The notes under the pieces were generated by a model, which saw only the letters and a list, made by a program, of their open reading frames with translations, was not told the origin of the DNA and did not search any database. Both the position numbers and the translations under genes were made by a program. Positions 1 to 13,749 of a stretch of 64,000 nucleotides of DNA are shown in pieces (position 1 is the stretch's first letter; each line of letters begins with the position of its first letter). This DNA comes from Camelus dromedarius (lineage: Eukaryota): the NCBI RefSeq assembly GCF_036321535.1, contig NC_087436.1, positions 47,866,001 through 47,930,000 of the forward strand, given 5' to 3'.

Positions 1-1704
1 ACTGCAGTGTAAATTCATATTAAATGCTTAGTGTATTTCTATTTTTGTATGTGCATAACACATAGAAAATGTAAATTCTCAGAGAGTATTATTTATTTAT
101 GATGTAAATTTGTGAGAAGGCCAATGATAATTGTCTCCATATTAATGAACTTGATCTCATTTTCCCTGCAGTTTAAGGATGTCATTTAATATTTCAGTAT
201 ATCTTAAAGATATGTCACATTATTTCATAATATTGTAAATTTTATTATACAATTTTAATAAACTGAGTGAAAATAACAATAATGTAAGTTCATTGCAAGT
301 ATTATCTTAAAAATCTCTTTTGTAGAACCCCTTAATTCCATTTGCAGAATGTAATATTTAAATTTGTTCTTTAGTATCTACATAGCTTATAAAATACTCT
401 GTTGTTCATGGAATTATTCTTAATTTCATTAGTAGCACTGATACTAACACTCATTATTTTGTGGACTCTCTTACAATGATTCTTGGAGACCAATTGTTGC
501 TGTGCATAATTCAGTGAATCGCTAAAACATCTGTTGCTACTTTTTTAAAAAGTTGATCATGTACATAAATTACCTGTCAGCCATAGCCTGGGCTCCATCT
601 ATTGCATGATGTATGCCACTGGGAAATGGACTTTTTTCCAGGAATTAATTTTTAAGGCTTTCAAACATAAATGACCCCTTTGTATACACTCTATGTAATT
701 TTAAACATAACATATCCACTAATACTTTTGCTTTCCTTATGAACATTATATTATGAGCGATAAAGCCTCATTATCAGACTGGATGATTTCATCTATTGTA
801 ATCAAAATGTGCTTGACTGGAGTTCACTGCTTAGCTAATCTTATACATCTTTCCCAATGCTGTCGATTTTTCTTCAGAAAGAATCGTGGCTTGCAGAAGA
901 GAAGAAATTATTTCTTATTTTTTCATTATCCTACTTATAAACTCTCACATGATGATTATAATTTTACTTTAGTGTGGTGGGGCCCGTCCTATTTTGTAAT
1001 AACTTGTGTTGCCCTGTAGAAAACAACTTGTTAAAATAGTTTTAAAATAAATCCAATGTTGGTATTATGATTTTCAGTATTTTTCTCTGAATCTCATTAA
1101 CATGATACACATTTGCCAATTTTATCTTTCAAATCTTTCCTGTCAGCAGTCTCCCCCTTTCCTCCTCTCTTTTTTTTTACAGCTCTGTGTATAGATGAGT
1201 CATATGTTATTTTACACATTCCCCAACAGTGGAATTTAAATTTACCCTAGTTTTCACTGCAAAAAGTTAACATTGTCTTACATATGTCTTTGCAAACTTT
1301 CTTCAAATGTATCTATAAAAAATCCTGTAAACAGAATTTTTGGAACAGGAGGCATGTATACATTTTTGTACTGAGGTGGAGGAATTGGAATAGGACTGTT
1401 TGTGACCAGATTTCTAAATTCTCCTATTTTCCTAAATCTTTCATCTTTTGGTAGGGGTTGTAAAATGCTTGTTTTATTGTTTTAATTATATAAATGATGC
1501 ATGAACTTATATTTGATGAAAAATTATGTGGAGAAAAATATTTCATTCCCTTTTAAATCTGCCAGATTGTTTTGTAAAGGAGGGGCATGCATACATACAC
1601 ACAGATACGGATATTTTTCCTTTTAATAAAAATAATGTGGATTATATTATACATATTGTACTATGAATTTGTCAGATCATTAAGTCAAATCTTTTTCTGT
1701 TTTC

Positions 1705-2570
1705 CTTTTTAAATCAACTCTACTGAGGTATAATTCACATACAATAAACTGTATGCATCCATTTAAAATGCACAATTTGATGTTTTAACAAATGTTTACA
1801 CCCTTGTAACCACCACAATTAAGGTATGAAACACTTCCATCAAACTACAAAGTTCCCTTGTATTCCTTGACAGTCAGTGCCTTCCCCAGTCCTGGCCCCG
1901 TGCAACCACTGATCTGATTTCTATCATCCTGAGTCAGTTTTGCCAGGTTGAAAAATTCGTGTAAATGGAATCATGCAGGAAGTGGTCTCCTGTGTTTGGT
2001 ATATTTTTTGATACCAGGCATTCATTTTGGGGGAATCATTCCTGTTGCTGCATGTGCCAATAGTTTGTTCTTTTATTACTGAGTGTATCTGTATATGAAT
2101 GTGTTTCTGTATTTACCTCGGATAGGCATTTCAGTGCTTCTGGTTTCTAAGTGTTATCAACAGAGCTGCTCTATACATTAGGATGCAAATAATATTATTT
2201 GTTTTGGGTAAATACCTAGGAGTGGAATCTCTGGGTAATATGGGAGGCATATCTTTCATTTTATACAAAACTGATAAGCAATTGTCCAACATGATTGCAC
2301 CATTTTATATTTCCTCCAGCTTTCAAAAGCAGAAACTGTTCATTTTGGTGCAGATCAATTTATCAGCATTTTCTTCCTAATGTCTGTGATATTAGTTTTT
2401 TACAGAGGAAACTCTGCCTAATATAAGGGGTGAAGATTTTCTTTTACGATTTCTCCTAGAAGTTCTATAGTTTTAGCTTTAAGATCATTTTAAGTTAATT
2501 TCAGTATATGTTGTCAGATAAGCATAGAGCTTCACTTCTTTTCCATGGAAATATCCAATATTTTAACACT
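1705..2570 (-). mobile_element. Old L1 (L1M-type) 3' end and ORF2 remnant
   Basis: Typical antisense L1M 3' UTR text (TACTGAGGTATAATTCACATACAATAAACTG...TGTAACCACCACAAT...AAATGGAATCATGCAG). Confidence 0.75.
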
Positions 2571-2592
2571 TTTTTATATGTACCACATTTTC

Positions 2593-4090
2593 TTTTTTAA
2601 AATTTATTTTTCAACTGATGTGTAGTTGATTTACAATATTATATTTGTTTCAGATTCAAAACTTTTAAAGATTATACTGCATTTAGAGTTAATATAAAAT
2701 ATTGGCTGTATTTCCTGTGCTATACAATATATTCTTGTATCTTATTTATTTTGTATATAGTAGTTCATACCTCTTAATCCCGTATCCCTATCTTTCCCCT
2801 CCACTCTTCCCTCTCCCCACTGGTAACCACTAGTTTGTTCTCTAATCTGTAAGTCTGTTTCTTTTTTGTTATATTCACTAGGTTTTTTTGTTTGTTTGTT
2901 TTAGATTCCATATACAAGTGATAACATGGAATATTTGTCTTTCTCTGTCTGACTTATTTCACCAAGCGTAATACCCACCAAGTCCACCCATGTTGTTGCA
3001 AACGGCAAAATTTCATTCTTTTTAAGACTGAGTAATATTCCATTGTATGTATATACCACATCTTCTTTATCTGTTTAGGTTGCTTCCATATACTGGCTAT
3101 TGTATATAATGCTGCTATGAATATTGGGGTGCATATATCTTTTCAAATGAGTGTTTTTGTTTTCTTCGAGTATATACTTAAAGTGGAATTGCTGGATTAT
3201 ATGGTAGTTCTATTTTTAGTTTCTGGAGGAACCTCCATACTGTTTTCCACAGTGGCTGCACCAATTTATATTTCCACCAACAGTGTACAAGGATTCCCTT
3301 TTCTCCACAGCCTCACCAACATTTGTTATTTGTGTTCTTTTTGATGATAGCCATTCTGACAGGTGATACCTCATTGTGGTTTTGATTTGCTTTTCTCTGA
3401 CGATTAGCAATGTTGAACATCTTTTCATGTGCCTGTTGGTCATCTGTATGTCATCTTTAGAAAAATGTTTATTCATATCTTCTGCCCATATTTCAGTCAG
3501 GTTGTCTTTTTTTTTTTTTTTTTTTTTGATGTTGAGTTTGCATGAATTGCTTGTATATTTTGGACAGTAACTCCTTATTGGTCATATCATTTGCAAATAT
3601 TTTCTCCTATTTAGTGGGTTGTCTTTTTGTTTTGTCAGTGGTTTCCCTTGCTGTGCAAAAAAGCTGTTAAGTTTAATTAGGTCCCTTTTTAAAAATTTTG
3701 CTTTTGTTTCCTTTGCCTTAGGAGACAGGTCCAAAAAATTATTGCTATGACTTATATCAAAGGGTGTTCTGCCTATGTTTTCTTCTAGGAATTTTGTAGT
3801 TTCCAGTCTTACATTTAGGTCTTTAATTGATTTTGAGTATTATCTTTGTAAATGGTGTAAGAAAATGTTCTAATCTCATTCTTTTACATGTAGCTGTCCA
3901 GTTACGCCAACATCATTTATTGAAGAGACTGTCTTCTCTGCATTGTATATTCTTACCTCCTTTATTGAAGATCAGTTGACCATAAGTGAGTGGGTTTATT
4001 TCTGGGTCCTGTATTCTGTTACATCATTCTGTGTCTGTTTTTGTGCCAGTATCATACTGTTTTGGTTAATGTAGCTCTGTAGTATAGTCC
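2593..4090 (-). mobile_element. Younger 5'-truncated L1 (3' UTR plus ORF2 C-terminus, degenerate)
   Basis: ORF 3216-3476(-) [39 protein letters not shown] is the L1 ORF2p C-terminal region; T-rich tail at ~2593-2610. Confidence 0.92.
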
Positions 4091-4099
4091 CCACTCTGG

Positions 4100-4550
4100 C
4101 TCATCCAAGTTTAGTATCTCTCAACCCTATGTATCCTGAATCTGTGCCTGGCTTTTTTGGAGTTTCATTCTCTTCATAAGCAACTTTACATGCTGCCAAA
4201 CACTCAAAGACATCCATAGCCAGATTTCTGAATCTCTTTTTCTAGATAGCTATTCTTTTCTAGTGTTCTGTGTCACAAATTCCAGCCACCTCAGCCTCCC
4301 TCACATTCTGATCTCTCCCTTTCACTCAAAATATCACCATGTTCTTCTTGCACCAAGATCCAGGAAGGTACCTCCAGGCTCAAAGCTGAGGGGTTCTTGC
4401 TGATCACGTCCTTTGTTTCCTTTTTTCAAGATTTACAGTCCTGTCCAGCATCTGAAAACACTTGTTTCAGATGGATTTTGTACAGTTTCTGTCTGTTTCT
4501 CTGAGATGGCCAGTCTAGTACCAGTTACTCCATCTTCAGTAGAAGTAGAA
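4100..4550 (-). mobile_element. Ancient L1 5'-region fragment
   Basis: Ends in GTTACTCCATCTT...AGAAGTAGAA, resembling old L1M 5' termini in antisense. Confidence 0.45.
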
Positions 4551-4832
4551 TGATAGGCACATTTTATTTTAGTAAATTTGCCAAATTTCCTTTCAAGGAG
4601 ATTACCAACTCTCATTTCTGCCAACTCGGTATGGTGGTGGGTACTTAATTTTCTACCTATTACCAAAACTGTTTCATTCAGTGTTTTAATATTTGCCTAT
4701 GATTTAGGTTCAGTCATTTTTACAAATATTAACAGTCATTTGTATTTATTTTTGTTTGCCTATTCATGGACCTTAGTCATTTTCCCATTTATATTGTTCC
4801 TTTTAAATTTATTTCTTAGCATTCTTTTTATA

Positions 4833-5570
4833 TTCATTCATCTATTTATTCATTCACTTATTCAACAAATGTTTATTGCATACCAGCTACATTCCAGGCC
4901 CTGTTCTAAGTGCTGAGGATACAGCAGTAAGTTGATTCTGCGTTGATGAAGTTTATATTCTAAAGAGTAATGAGGAGAGAAAATTAATACAATATAAACA
5001 CATTTGATGTATCATGTGGTGGTGAGTAAGTATGGAGAAGAAAAAAGCAGGGTATGGGAAACTTAGTACAGTGGAAATATGTTATTGAATTGGGGAGAGC
5101 TTCTGTTTTATGTATGACTTTTAGAAAAAGATTCCTTGATAGGTAATATTTAAGTGAAAGCTTGGCTGAACAGAGTAAACCATGTGGGTGTCTGGAGGAA
5201 GAACATTCCAGTTAGGTGAAACAGCCTGAGCAAAGGCCCAAAGATGGTTGTTCCTTGGTGTGCTGGAAAGATTAGAAAGAAAGCAGAGGGATGGTAGCAA
5301 TTGTGGTCAATGAGATAGTTGGAGAGGGTAAGTAGATTAGGTAGAACTTGGCAGGATATTATAAATGCATTGTTGATTCATCTGAGTAAGATGGGAGGCC
5401 ACTGGAGGATAATGTACCACTGGACATAAGTCATTTTCATTTACAAGGGCTCCTCTTAGTTGCTTTGTGGAGAAGATAAAACAGGAGAGCAAAAGGGAAA
5501 CGGAGTATAGCAGCCGTGTGTCAACACTGTACTGGATAATCCAACGATAATTGGATTGAGTTGTGTTGTT
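4833..5570 (-). mobile_element. L2 3' fragment
   Basis: ATTCATTCA...TTCAACAAATGTTTATTG...CCAGGCCCTGTTCTAAGTGCTGAGGATACAGCAGT is the antisense L2 tail. Confidence 0.85.
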
Positions 5571-5681
5571 ACCTTGATTATACACTAAATCTCAGATGTA
5601 TTTGACTCTTTCACTTCTCCTTTAACTTGTCTGTCATGGTTGAGGTTGAACTTCCTCTTGTTATTTGGTAGGTGTATAACG

Positions 5682-5972
5682 AGGGTGATCACACTACCCA
5701 GTTAACCAGAACAGTTCCAGTTTACACCTGTTGTAGATCAGTTAATACCTGTTAATTACTTTTATTTTTATTTTTTTAATTTCATTTTTTAGTTTGTGGG
5801 AGGTAATTAGGTTATTTATTTAAATGGAGATACTAGGATTGAACCCAGGACCTTGTGCATGCTAGGAATGTACTCTACCACTGAGCTATCACCTGTGCCT
5901 CTGTTAATTACTTTTAATATGTCTTTTCCCATCAAATATCCTGGTTTGGATGACAAGCTGCATGGTCACTCT
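5682..5972 (+). mobile_element. MER94-like hAT-Blackjack MITE, split by a SINE
   Basis: Inverted termini AGGGTGATCA... / ...TGGTCACTCT; internal CAGTTTACACCTGTTGT and CCTGGTTTGGATGACAA resemble MER94. Confidence 0.65.
5765..5900 (-). mobile_element. tRNA-derived SINE (camelid-type) with 16-bp TSD
   Basis: Minus strand has A box TAGCTCAGTGG, B box GGTTCAATCC and an A-rich tail; exact TSD CTGTTAATTACTTTTA at 5749-5764 and 5901-5916. Confidence 0.9.
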
Positions 5973-6819
5973 ATCAATAACCTCATTACTCTTCTTTCAT
6001 TCCTAGCTTTCTGTGTGTTCTTATATGTTTATTTATTTTTTAAAACTTGTGGTTTATTTTCTACCATGTTCCAATAAAAGTTCAAGTTGATATTTGGTTT
6101 GGGATTAAACTGAATTTTAAATTAATTTTGGCGTAATTAATATTTTTGAAAAATTTTTCTTTTCCTAACCACAAAAAGAGTTCTGCATTTTAAAATACTG
6201 AAGTCGTCTATATCCTTCAGTATATTTTAAGACTTTTCTTTACATGATTTTTACACAATTTTTAATGATTATGTCTAGTCATCTAACAAAATATTTTCTT
6301 ATGGAATTTTTCAAACATGAAGAAGGAAAGAATATGGGATAACAGGCTCATATAATCATCACCCACCTTCATCTACCATGACATTTCCCTAATTTTCTAG
6401 TCATTTTAGTATTTTTCTTGCTATTATTATTGAAATTTTATTTCTTGCTCTATTTTCTAGAAAAGTATTTTTCATTTTTTCACATACAATAGTAAATTGC
6501 CACATTTCTAAGTTCCGTTATTGTTTTAAAATGTTTTTCTTCTCAAGTACAAAATCCCATCAATTGCAAATGATAATTTTTATTTCCTTCTTTTTATTGC
6601 CATTGGCTATTTGGCATTCTCTTCTCTATGCTAAGCTTTCGCCTGTCATGAGGACTTTGTACATTGGACAACACTTTCCCCCTTATGATTCCTCAGGTCT
6701 TCAAGTAAGTGTACTTTCTGATCTGACAATAAAGAGTAGGTGTTTGTGCATGTACTATAAATTCATTCACTCAAAAACCACTTCGAAATCTCTTCACACT
6801 TGTGTTCCTTTAGTGTACA

Positions 6820-7006
6820 GCAGGGATTAGTGAAGAGCGGTTCTGGGAGCGGCAGCAGTAGCTTTCTCTGAAGACTTGTTAGAAATGCAAAATCTCAGGC
6901 TCTCCCAGACCTGCCTAATCAGAACTCTGTAGGCAGGGCCAGCAAGCAATCAGTATTTTAATAAGTGCTCGAGGTGATTCTGATGCACACTACAGTTTGA
7001 GAACCT
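6820..7006. mobile_element. MER5A (hAT-Charlie MITE)
   Basis: CTTGTTAGAAATGCAAAATCTCAGGC...AATCAGAACTCT...GGTGATTCTGATGCACACTACAGTTTGAGAACC. Confidence 0.85.
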
Positions 7007-7029
7007 AAATACAGTGGAAAGTGGAACAC

Positions 7030-7350
7030 GAAATACCCATTACCCAGCCTCCCTTGATGTTAAAAGGGGCCATATGAAGCAGTTTTGGCTAATGAGAATT
7101 AAGTTAACTCAGCTGCTGAGGGTTCTGGGAAAAAATTTCTGTCTTCAAAAAGAGGACAGATGCAGCTGGGGTCGCCTTTTGCTCTTCCCTTCTTGCTGTC
7201 TAAAATATGCATGAAATGCCTGGAGATGCAGCAATCATTTTGTAACCAAGAGGTGATACACATAAGAGTGAAAACTCAATACACAACGGCAAGATGGGGA
7301 GAAATCGCCTGGGAGTATCTGATAGCTTTTTAGGTAGCTGAACTAGCTGG
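7030..7350 (+). mobile_element. ERVL-class LTR fragment (LTR16/LTR33-like)
   Basis: CCCAGCCTCCCTTG...GGCCATATGA...TTTTGGCTAATGAGA...GCAGCAATCATTTTGTAACCA pattern. Confidence 0.55.
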
Positions 7351-7401
7351 AAGACATCAACAATTCTTTTAGTTTATGTTTTTGAATTTCCTACAGTCAA
7401 A

Positions 7402-7405
7402 TATA

Positions 7406-7436
<31 letters not shown>

Positions 7437-7485
7437 GTGTGTGTGTGTGTGTATACATATATATATATATACATATATATATATA
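7402..7485. repeat. Compound (TG)n/(TA)n microsatellite
   Basis: Directly visible. Confidence 0.95.
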
Positions 7486-8289
7486 GTTTTTAATTTTAAA
7501 GAGTTTTAAAATAACAAGTGCAAATCTATTTACAGCCAGTTGCTCTAGCAGTTCTCAGAAAAATCCTTTAGCTACCATCCACTTAGACTTGTTTGGTAAG
7601 ATATAAAATGCTGTATTTAAATGTAGGTTACAAAGTGAAGTGAAAACTGTAGCAAGAGAGGTAAGTGGGAATGTAGGTTGTGGCTTTTAGGAATGAGCGC
7701 TGGAGACAAGCTGCTGGTTTTGCCAGCCAGGGGTTGAGGTTTCAACAGCCATGCAGGGAATGCAGATAAGGACTACCTACAGGTCTGGGGATTCAAATTG
7801 AGACTCTAGTATTAAGTTGGGTGAGAGTGATACAGAAAGAAGAGCTTCAACCCTGCAAGGATAGATAACAAGGAAACTTGACCATCATATCTTTGGCTCT
7901 GGAAGGAAAAACAAAATATCTCTTGATAGTACTTAACTATGACTCTTCCACAAGTGGGACAGGTATTTTAATTTCCTGTGCAATCTTGAAGTTGACATAA
8001 AGAGCCAGCCCAGTTTACTTATACCTCTGAAGCACTTGGCGAAGCAAAACCCAAACTTCCCTGACTGTATACACTCTCAACCAGGCCAGATGGTACTTTT
8101 AGAGATAAATTCCCACAGAACATGAGGTCGCAATCTAAAATTATAGTTAATGCAAGAATATCATTCACTGCAGAACAGCAGATAAGACAAAGAACAGAAA
8201 TAGACTCCTCAGGACATCAAATTCCTCAGAATGAAAAGGTAGAGGATATACAATAATAGGATTAAATGATTAAAGATTAAAGGAGAAAT

Positions 8290-8465
8290 TCTGTAACTTG
8301 GACTTGCTGGTAGTAGTGGAGGGTGTAAGAAGTTAATTTGGTATATAATGGGTATATTTTGAAGGTACAATTGGCAGGATTTGTTAATGAGTTGGGTCTG
8401 AGGTGTGAGAGAAAGGAGACAAGATTTGGGGCATGGCTTTTGGTCTGAGTAAATGAAATAACAGA
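8290..8465 (-). mobile_element. L2 fragment
   Basis: GGGTATATTTTGAAGGTACAATTGGCAGGATTTGTTAATG...TTTTGGTCTGAG. Confidence 0.6.
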
Positions 8466-8469
8466 CATT

Positions 8470-9100
8470 AAGACAAAAAGCATTATTAGAGGTAAAGAAG
8501 ATAAAATTATTTCTTCATTAAGACATAAATATTCATAACTTGAGCATTCCTAATAACAGAACCTTTGAATATACAGTGAAAATGACAGAAGTACAAGGAG
8601 TTATTGACAAACCTACTATCAGGGTGGAAAAATTTTAACAAACTTCCCATAGTAACAGAGAGCAAAGAGAAAGAAGTGAAAATAAAATTAATTTCAAGAG
8701 CGTATTAAAAATTTTGATTTAATAGACATTTATTAAGTTCCTATAATCAAAATTTAGTGAATATGCATTTTGTGCACCCATATAGTATTTAGAATTGAAC
8801 TCAAATTGAGCAATAAAACAAGTCTCAGCAAATATAAAAAACAAAATCATAAAGCTTACATTTTCTGACCACCATTTAGCATAATTTAGATGTTAATAAC
8901 AAAACATATTTACCTTATCCCCTATATATTTAGACATTCTAAAACATTTTCTAAATGATTTATGGGTCAAAAATTAATAAAAAATGAAAACCTCTTTATG
9001 ACAGTTATAATAACATTTTATTTATCAAAATTTGTGAGTTGCAATTAAATTAGTATTTGAGAAAGGTTTGTAGTGTCAAAAGCTAATATAGTAAAATGCA
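8470..9100 (+). mobile_element. Ancient L1 ORF2 (endonuclease region) remnant
   Basis: A-rich; CCTAATAACAGAACC...ATTGACAAACCTAC...TTTTCTGACCAC...TGGGTCAAA are degenerate ORF2 landmarks; no open frame. Confidence 0.6.
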
Positions 9101-9221
9101 AATGTTATTGTCATCACACCTGTGACCTCATTTAAATTATTGTTGAAAATGCTGTAAAGGACATGACCTAGTGCTGAGACCTTCCGTGTTAATATAAATA
9201 GCAATGCTTTTTCTGTATACA

Positions 9222-9397
9222 CAGTCGACCCCTATGCAGCCCCTATGTCACTTTACTGTGGGCCCACCATCTCCTCAGCTCTGCATGGGCAGATGCAACC
9301 AACCAGATTGTGTAGACTGCAGTATGTATTTAGTGAAAAAAGTCTCCATATAAGTGTGTCAGCACAGTTCAGACCTGTGTTTTTCAAGGGTCAGCTG
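9222..9397 (+). mobile_element. Tigger2/MER8-like MITE, copy 1 (shorter)
   Basis: Inverted termini CAGTCGACCC / GGGTCAGCTG followed by TA; homologous to 12911 and 29241 copies. Confidence 0.8.
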
Positions 9398-9509
9398 TAG
9401 TTTCAAAGCCAACTGTGAGTGCACCAAAGTGTGTTAGAAAGAGAGCACTTTTATACGTGATGATCATGTTGATTTCTAACTTTCAGTATTCGCCTTCTTC
9501 CTATGTTCT

Positions 9510-9850
9510 GTCTGAACCAGTTTAGGTTTTCTGAGCACACTGCTCTGTCTCAAGTACCCTATGCACTTTATCCTCCTGGAAAATTCTCACTTGTTTTGAC
9601 CTCCTGTCAAAGTATCCCTTCCCCTGACTGTGGTCCTTTGTTTTCAATCTCCACTCATCACACTCCCTCCTCTATAAAATGTCTGTGTATTGCACATATA
9701 TCTGCTATTTTACATATAGAATCGTACTGTAATGATTTTTGTGTATCTCTTTCTTCTATTGGCCTAAACATTTTCAGCGCAAAGACCATATCTTAATCAG
9801 TATTAGCATAGTGCCTGCCATATAGCACGTGCTCAATGAATAGGTATTAA
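9510..9850 (+). mobile_element. L2 3' fragment
   Basis: Ends AGCATAGTGCCTGCCATATAGCACGTGCTCAATGAAT. Confidence 0.6.
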
Positions 9851-9996
9851 ATTCTAGCAAAGTGAAACCACACAATCCCTAAGGTAAAATAGATGATCTC
9901 TAAAATCTTCTATTCTAATGATGTATTAATTGTAAATCTATATCACTAATTTATTTCTGTTGGGCATTATCACAAAAGAATTTAAGGAATATAGGG

Positions 9997-10029
<33 letters not shown>
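9997..10029. repeat. (CA)n(GA)n microsatellite
   Basis: Directly visible. Confidence 0.95.
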
Positions 10030-12910
10030 AGGTAAAGATCCATGTATTTCTAGAGTTTCACATTTCTTTTAAGTGCAAATGATGTTAATGGAAGTTCAGT
10101 AAGGGAGCACAAGAGAGCAGTAGAAAGATGTGGAACATTTATATTTAGGAAGTGTGAGGAATAAGGTCAATTCATGAAAGATTTAGATAATAATCTGTAT
10201 AGAGAGGCGAGCCATCCACTGTGACAGAGAAGCCAAGGGAAGGAGTGAGTCTCACCGTGAGAAGGGCCAACATGATCAGTGAAGCAAAGCAGTTCAGATG
10301 GCAATTGAAAAAATAGTAAACACTTGGCTACATGTTAAATAAGAGCTATATTTTTATACTGGACCAGAGTGAATATCATAGGGGCTAAATGGGGGTAAAA
10401 CATATGAGGAGAACTGTTGCAATTCAGTATGATTTAACGGGAAAAATATGCTTTTGAAAATCTTTAGAAATTTATTTTCAAAGCAGACACTTTCAAAATC
10501 TTTATCCAAAATGAAAAGGTTTTTAAGAATAAAAATTTCATGTGTCAGCATAACTTTATGTATTTATTTCCCTTCTATTTATTCAGAATAAATCTTCATT
10601 GTCCTTGGAGAGAAGAATAAATTCAATAAATGTTATATTAAATGTTATAATACTTCAAAAGTATCAACTGTACATTCAAGATATACTCACTAATTTTATA
10701 TGCCTCACTCTAAACACTAAATTCTGATAGTTGATGGTTTCATTGTATCACAATGAAAGTCAGGGTGGGCTTAAGGAAAAAAAAAAGTGAAACGTTCAGA
10801 ATGAACATTTGCTGTTGATTATGAGAATGTGTCAGATATGTGTGTGGGGAAGGGGGAGGGTGAATGGTGGTGGGTAATTGCATGATCTATTAATAAGAAA
10901 CAGTTTAATGCAGGAGATCACTAAAGCATGGCTAATTCTGAAGCCAAAACCCACACATTCTTAATTTTCCCTCCAGCTTTAGAACCAGTCTCCACACACT
11001 CAGTACAGGAACTGGAACATTATTCTTTGAAAGCAAAGCCAGTGTTTAGAAAATCTGAAATTGAGCTAACAGCACAGCATATAGAAATCACACAGGATGT
11101 TATTTTAAACTGTAATGCAAAAATGTCAGTTCATTTGATATCTTTATTTGTTACATGTGGGCTTGAAGAAGGCATGTTATATACATTTTTGCTTTACAGA
11201 TACTCTGTTACAGAGTATATTCATTCAACTGTCAGAGAAGTTTGAAATCCATCTAAGAGACAGAATCTTTATTGAACAGCTTTTGGAGCTTAGAGAAAAG
11301 CACATTCAATGATTGTTCTCATCTTTTCCTCTTGAACAATACATATTTTAAAATATTACTCAGGAGTCATTCAGAAAGGATGTCCAACTGAGTGAATCAC
11401 GTAACTGTAATGATTATGCAATTTGAGCATCTAACTCATATTCTATCAACATGCTCCCTCTCCCCTGCACGTAAGTCAAAGATTTAAATACGGAATTGGA
11501 TCCAAAGAAAGGATCATGCAGTACCCAGAGCTAATGAATATCATATTTAATTGGTTGCACTCGACTAATGCTTGTGCTGTCCTGTAAACACTCCTGTCCA
11601 AATACCTCACCACATCCTACATCTACTTTTTGCTTCATTACCAGTTTTATTTGACTACTTCCAACATGTCAAATCAGATAGTTAATTGGTGACCTTCTAC
11701 TAACTGATTAGCTGCTGTAAAAGGGAAAAATGAAATGTGAATTTTAAAATCAGTGACACATGCCTTCATGTTCACCACAGTCTGGAGATTCTACATGTCT
11801 ATTTTGTACAAAATGTATAATTACTATAAAAGAATTAGTTGAAGTTTTCTATGTCTCTATACTACAGATAAGAAGAAAATTCTTTTGGATATAACACTAC
11901 AATAAAGCAATCCTTGACAATTTTTGTAGAATTGTTTCCAAAGGAAGGAGAAAAGAGCAAAGTTATTTTTCTTTAGCAAAGACATAAGAAGAGAAAAATA
12001 TGGCATGATAAAGGACCATACTTTTATTGGTGGAAAAAATTAGACATGAAGGTTTGCAAGCTATAGCTGTTCCTGTATTGTAGCTGTAGGAGTAGAGAAG
12101 CTACAGGTTAGTAAAGGCCCTTCCAGGGGTTGGTGGTGGGTTTACATCTTGTTGGAGGCCATAGTGTATAAAGGACCAGGGCATGTTGGAGATAATGTAC
12201 TACAATGTCTGTCTACTCCAGTTTCACTGACAGGAGCTGCCTGTCAGGAAAGATGCAAAAACATGCAATGGGATACTTAAAATAATACCTGATTTTTAAA
12301 CCGTATTACCTTTAACAAAAGATTTTGAGAAGACCACATCTCTTTTTTTATAATCATGAAAACAAGCAGAAATACAATATTTAACATGGAGAGATTTTAT
12401 GACTATGTATATTCAAAAAAGTAAAGCATGCCTCTTTCCAAATGATTGTGTTGATTAAAAAATATGCAAAGCTAAAGATACTGAACAAATATTATTTTAA
12501 AAAATGTATTTCAAGCTACTTAGGTAGGAGGGAAGGTATTGTATACTCCCATGGGTACATGTTGCAAAAAGCATGAGTAATTAGGTACCAATCAAGAATA
12601 GTTTTGTTGAGAACCAACGAATTCCTTGCATGTTTTCATTGTTCTATATTTCTGTTTTTACTTATATTCAATTATCATTTGTGGTGAAGTGAGTGGTATA
12701 ATGATTTAAACAGAAGTGGGCCATACAAATCTACTCTTAAGAATAGCTTTTTGATAGTGAATAGTGAATACCTATTTTATCTAATACTTTATCTTCTCTT
12801 TAAAGTTATTTTATATATTCATTCACTTACTCATCCAACAAATATGTGTTGGTTGATCTTTACTACTCATGGTTTAGGCAGTGGGGGTAGAGCATTCGTT
12901 AGTTCATGTA

Positions 12911-13127
12911 CAGTTGACCTTTCAACAATGCAAGGGCGGAGGGGCAGCAACCCCCTGTGCCGTTGAAAATCCATGTGTAACTTTACAGTTGGCCTTCCAT
13001 ATCTGTAGTTCACATCCTTGGATTCAGCCAACTAAGGGTCGTGCAGTATTGTAGCATTTAATGAAAAATATCCGCGTATGAGTGGACTCACGCAGTTCAA
13101 AATCCTGTATTGTTTGAGGATCAACTA
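12911..13127 (+). mobile_element. Tigger2/MER8-like MITE, copy 2
   Basis: TA|CAGTTGACCTTTCAACAA ... TTGTTTGAGGATCAACTA|TA. Confidence 0.85.
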
Positions 13128-13664
13128 TATTGTGATAAGTTTATTGTCAGTCATTTCCTGGGATTCGTGTCTTGATGGGGGGGCTACAGGTTGTTTTGAA
13201 GGGAATAAAAGGAGACACTGATGAGAGAGTAACATTGAACAATCACATGATTCTGTTTTTCAGTTTTTAGACAGTTTGTAGTTCTTGTGTCGTCTGTATT
13301 AAAACCACTCCCTTCTTTCTGTGAGGAATAGCCAGCAATGACTGATTTGACTTTGATTTGAACAAGACTTGAGTTTTCCACCTTCACTGGACATGGGGGT
13401 ACAGGAGTTAAGTTCGCAAAGATCAATTTAAAAAGCTCAATTTTTGCGTACATACATGCCAAGGACATGATGGAATGTACAAATAAATTATGTATAAAAC
13501 TGTCACTGAATTAGTATCTTACTCTAGTCTCTTACTCTTCTCTTAGAAGAGAACATTTTTGAAAGTCTGGCTTTGCTCAAAGCCTTTTTTAACAAGCTAA
13601 GAAGTTATGGTGTCATTAACTACATGTTTAGCTGCTGACAGACTTTACCAAATCATGGAGATTC

Positions 13665-13749
13665 TGAGAGAGAGACAGAGAGAGTGAGAAACTGAGACGG
13701 AAAGAGACAGAGACACACAGAGAGAAACTGAGAGACAGAGACAGAGAGA
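13665..13749. repeat. Imperfect (GA)n/GAGACA repeat
   Basis: Directly visible. Confidence 0.9.

Noticed and set aside
3117..3570. ORFs at 3117-3570 as genes
   Set aside because: Broken L1 ORF2 sequence and its antisense frames.
5825..5900. tRNA gene
   Set aside because: Has A/B boxes but also an A-rich tail and a 16-bp TSD, so it is a SINE.
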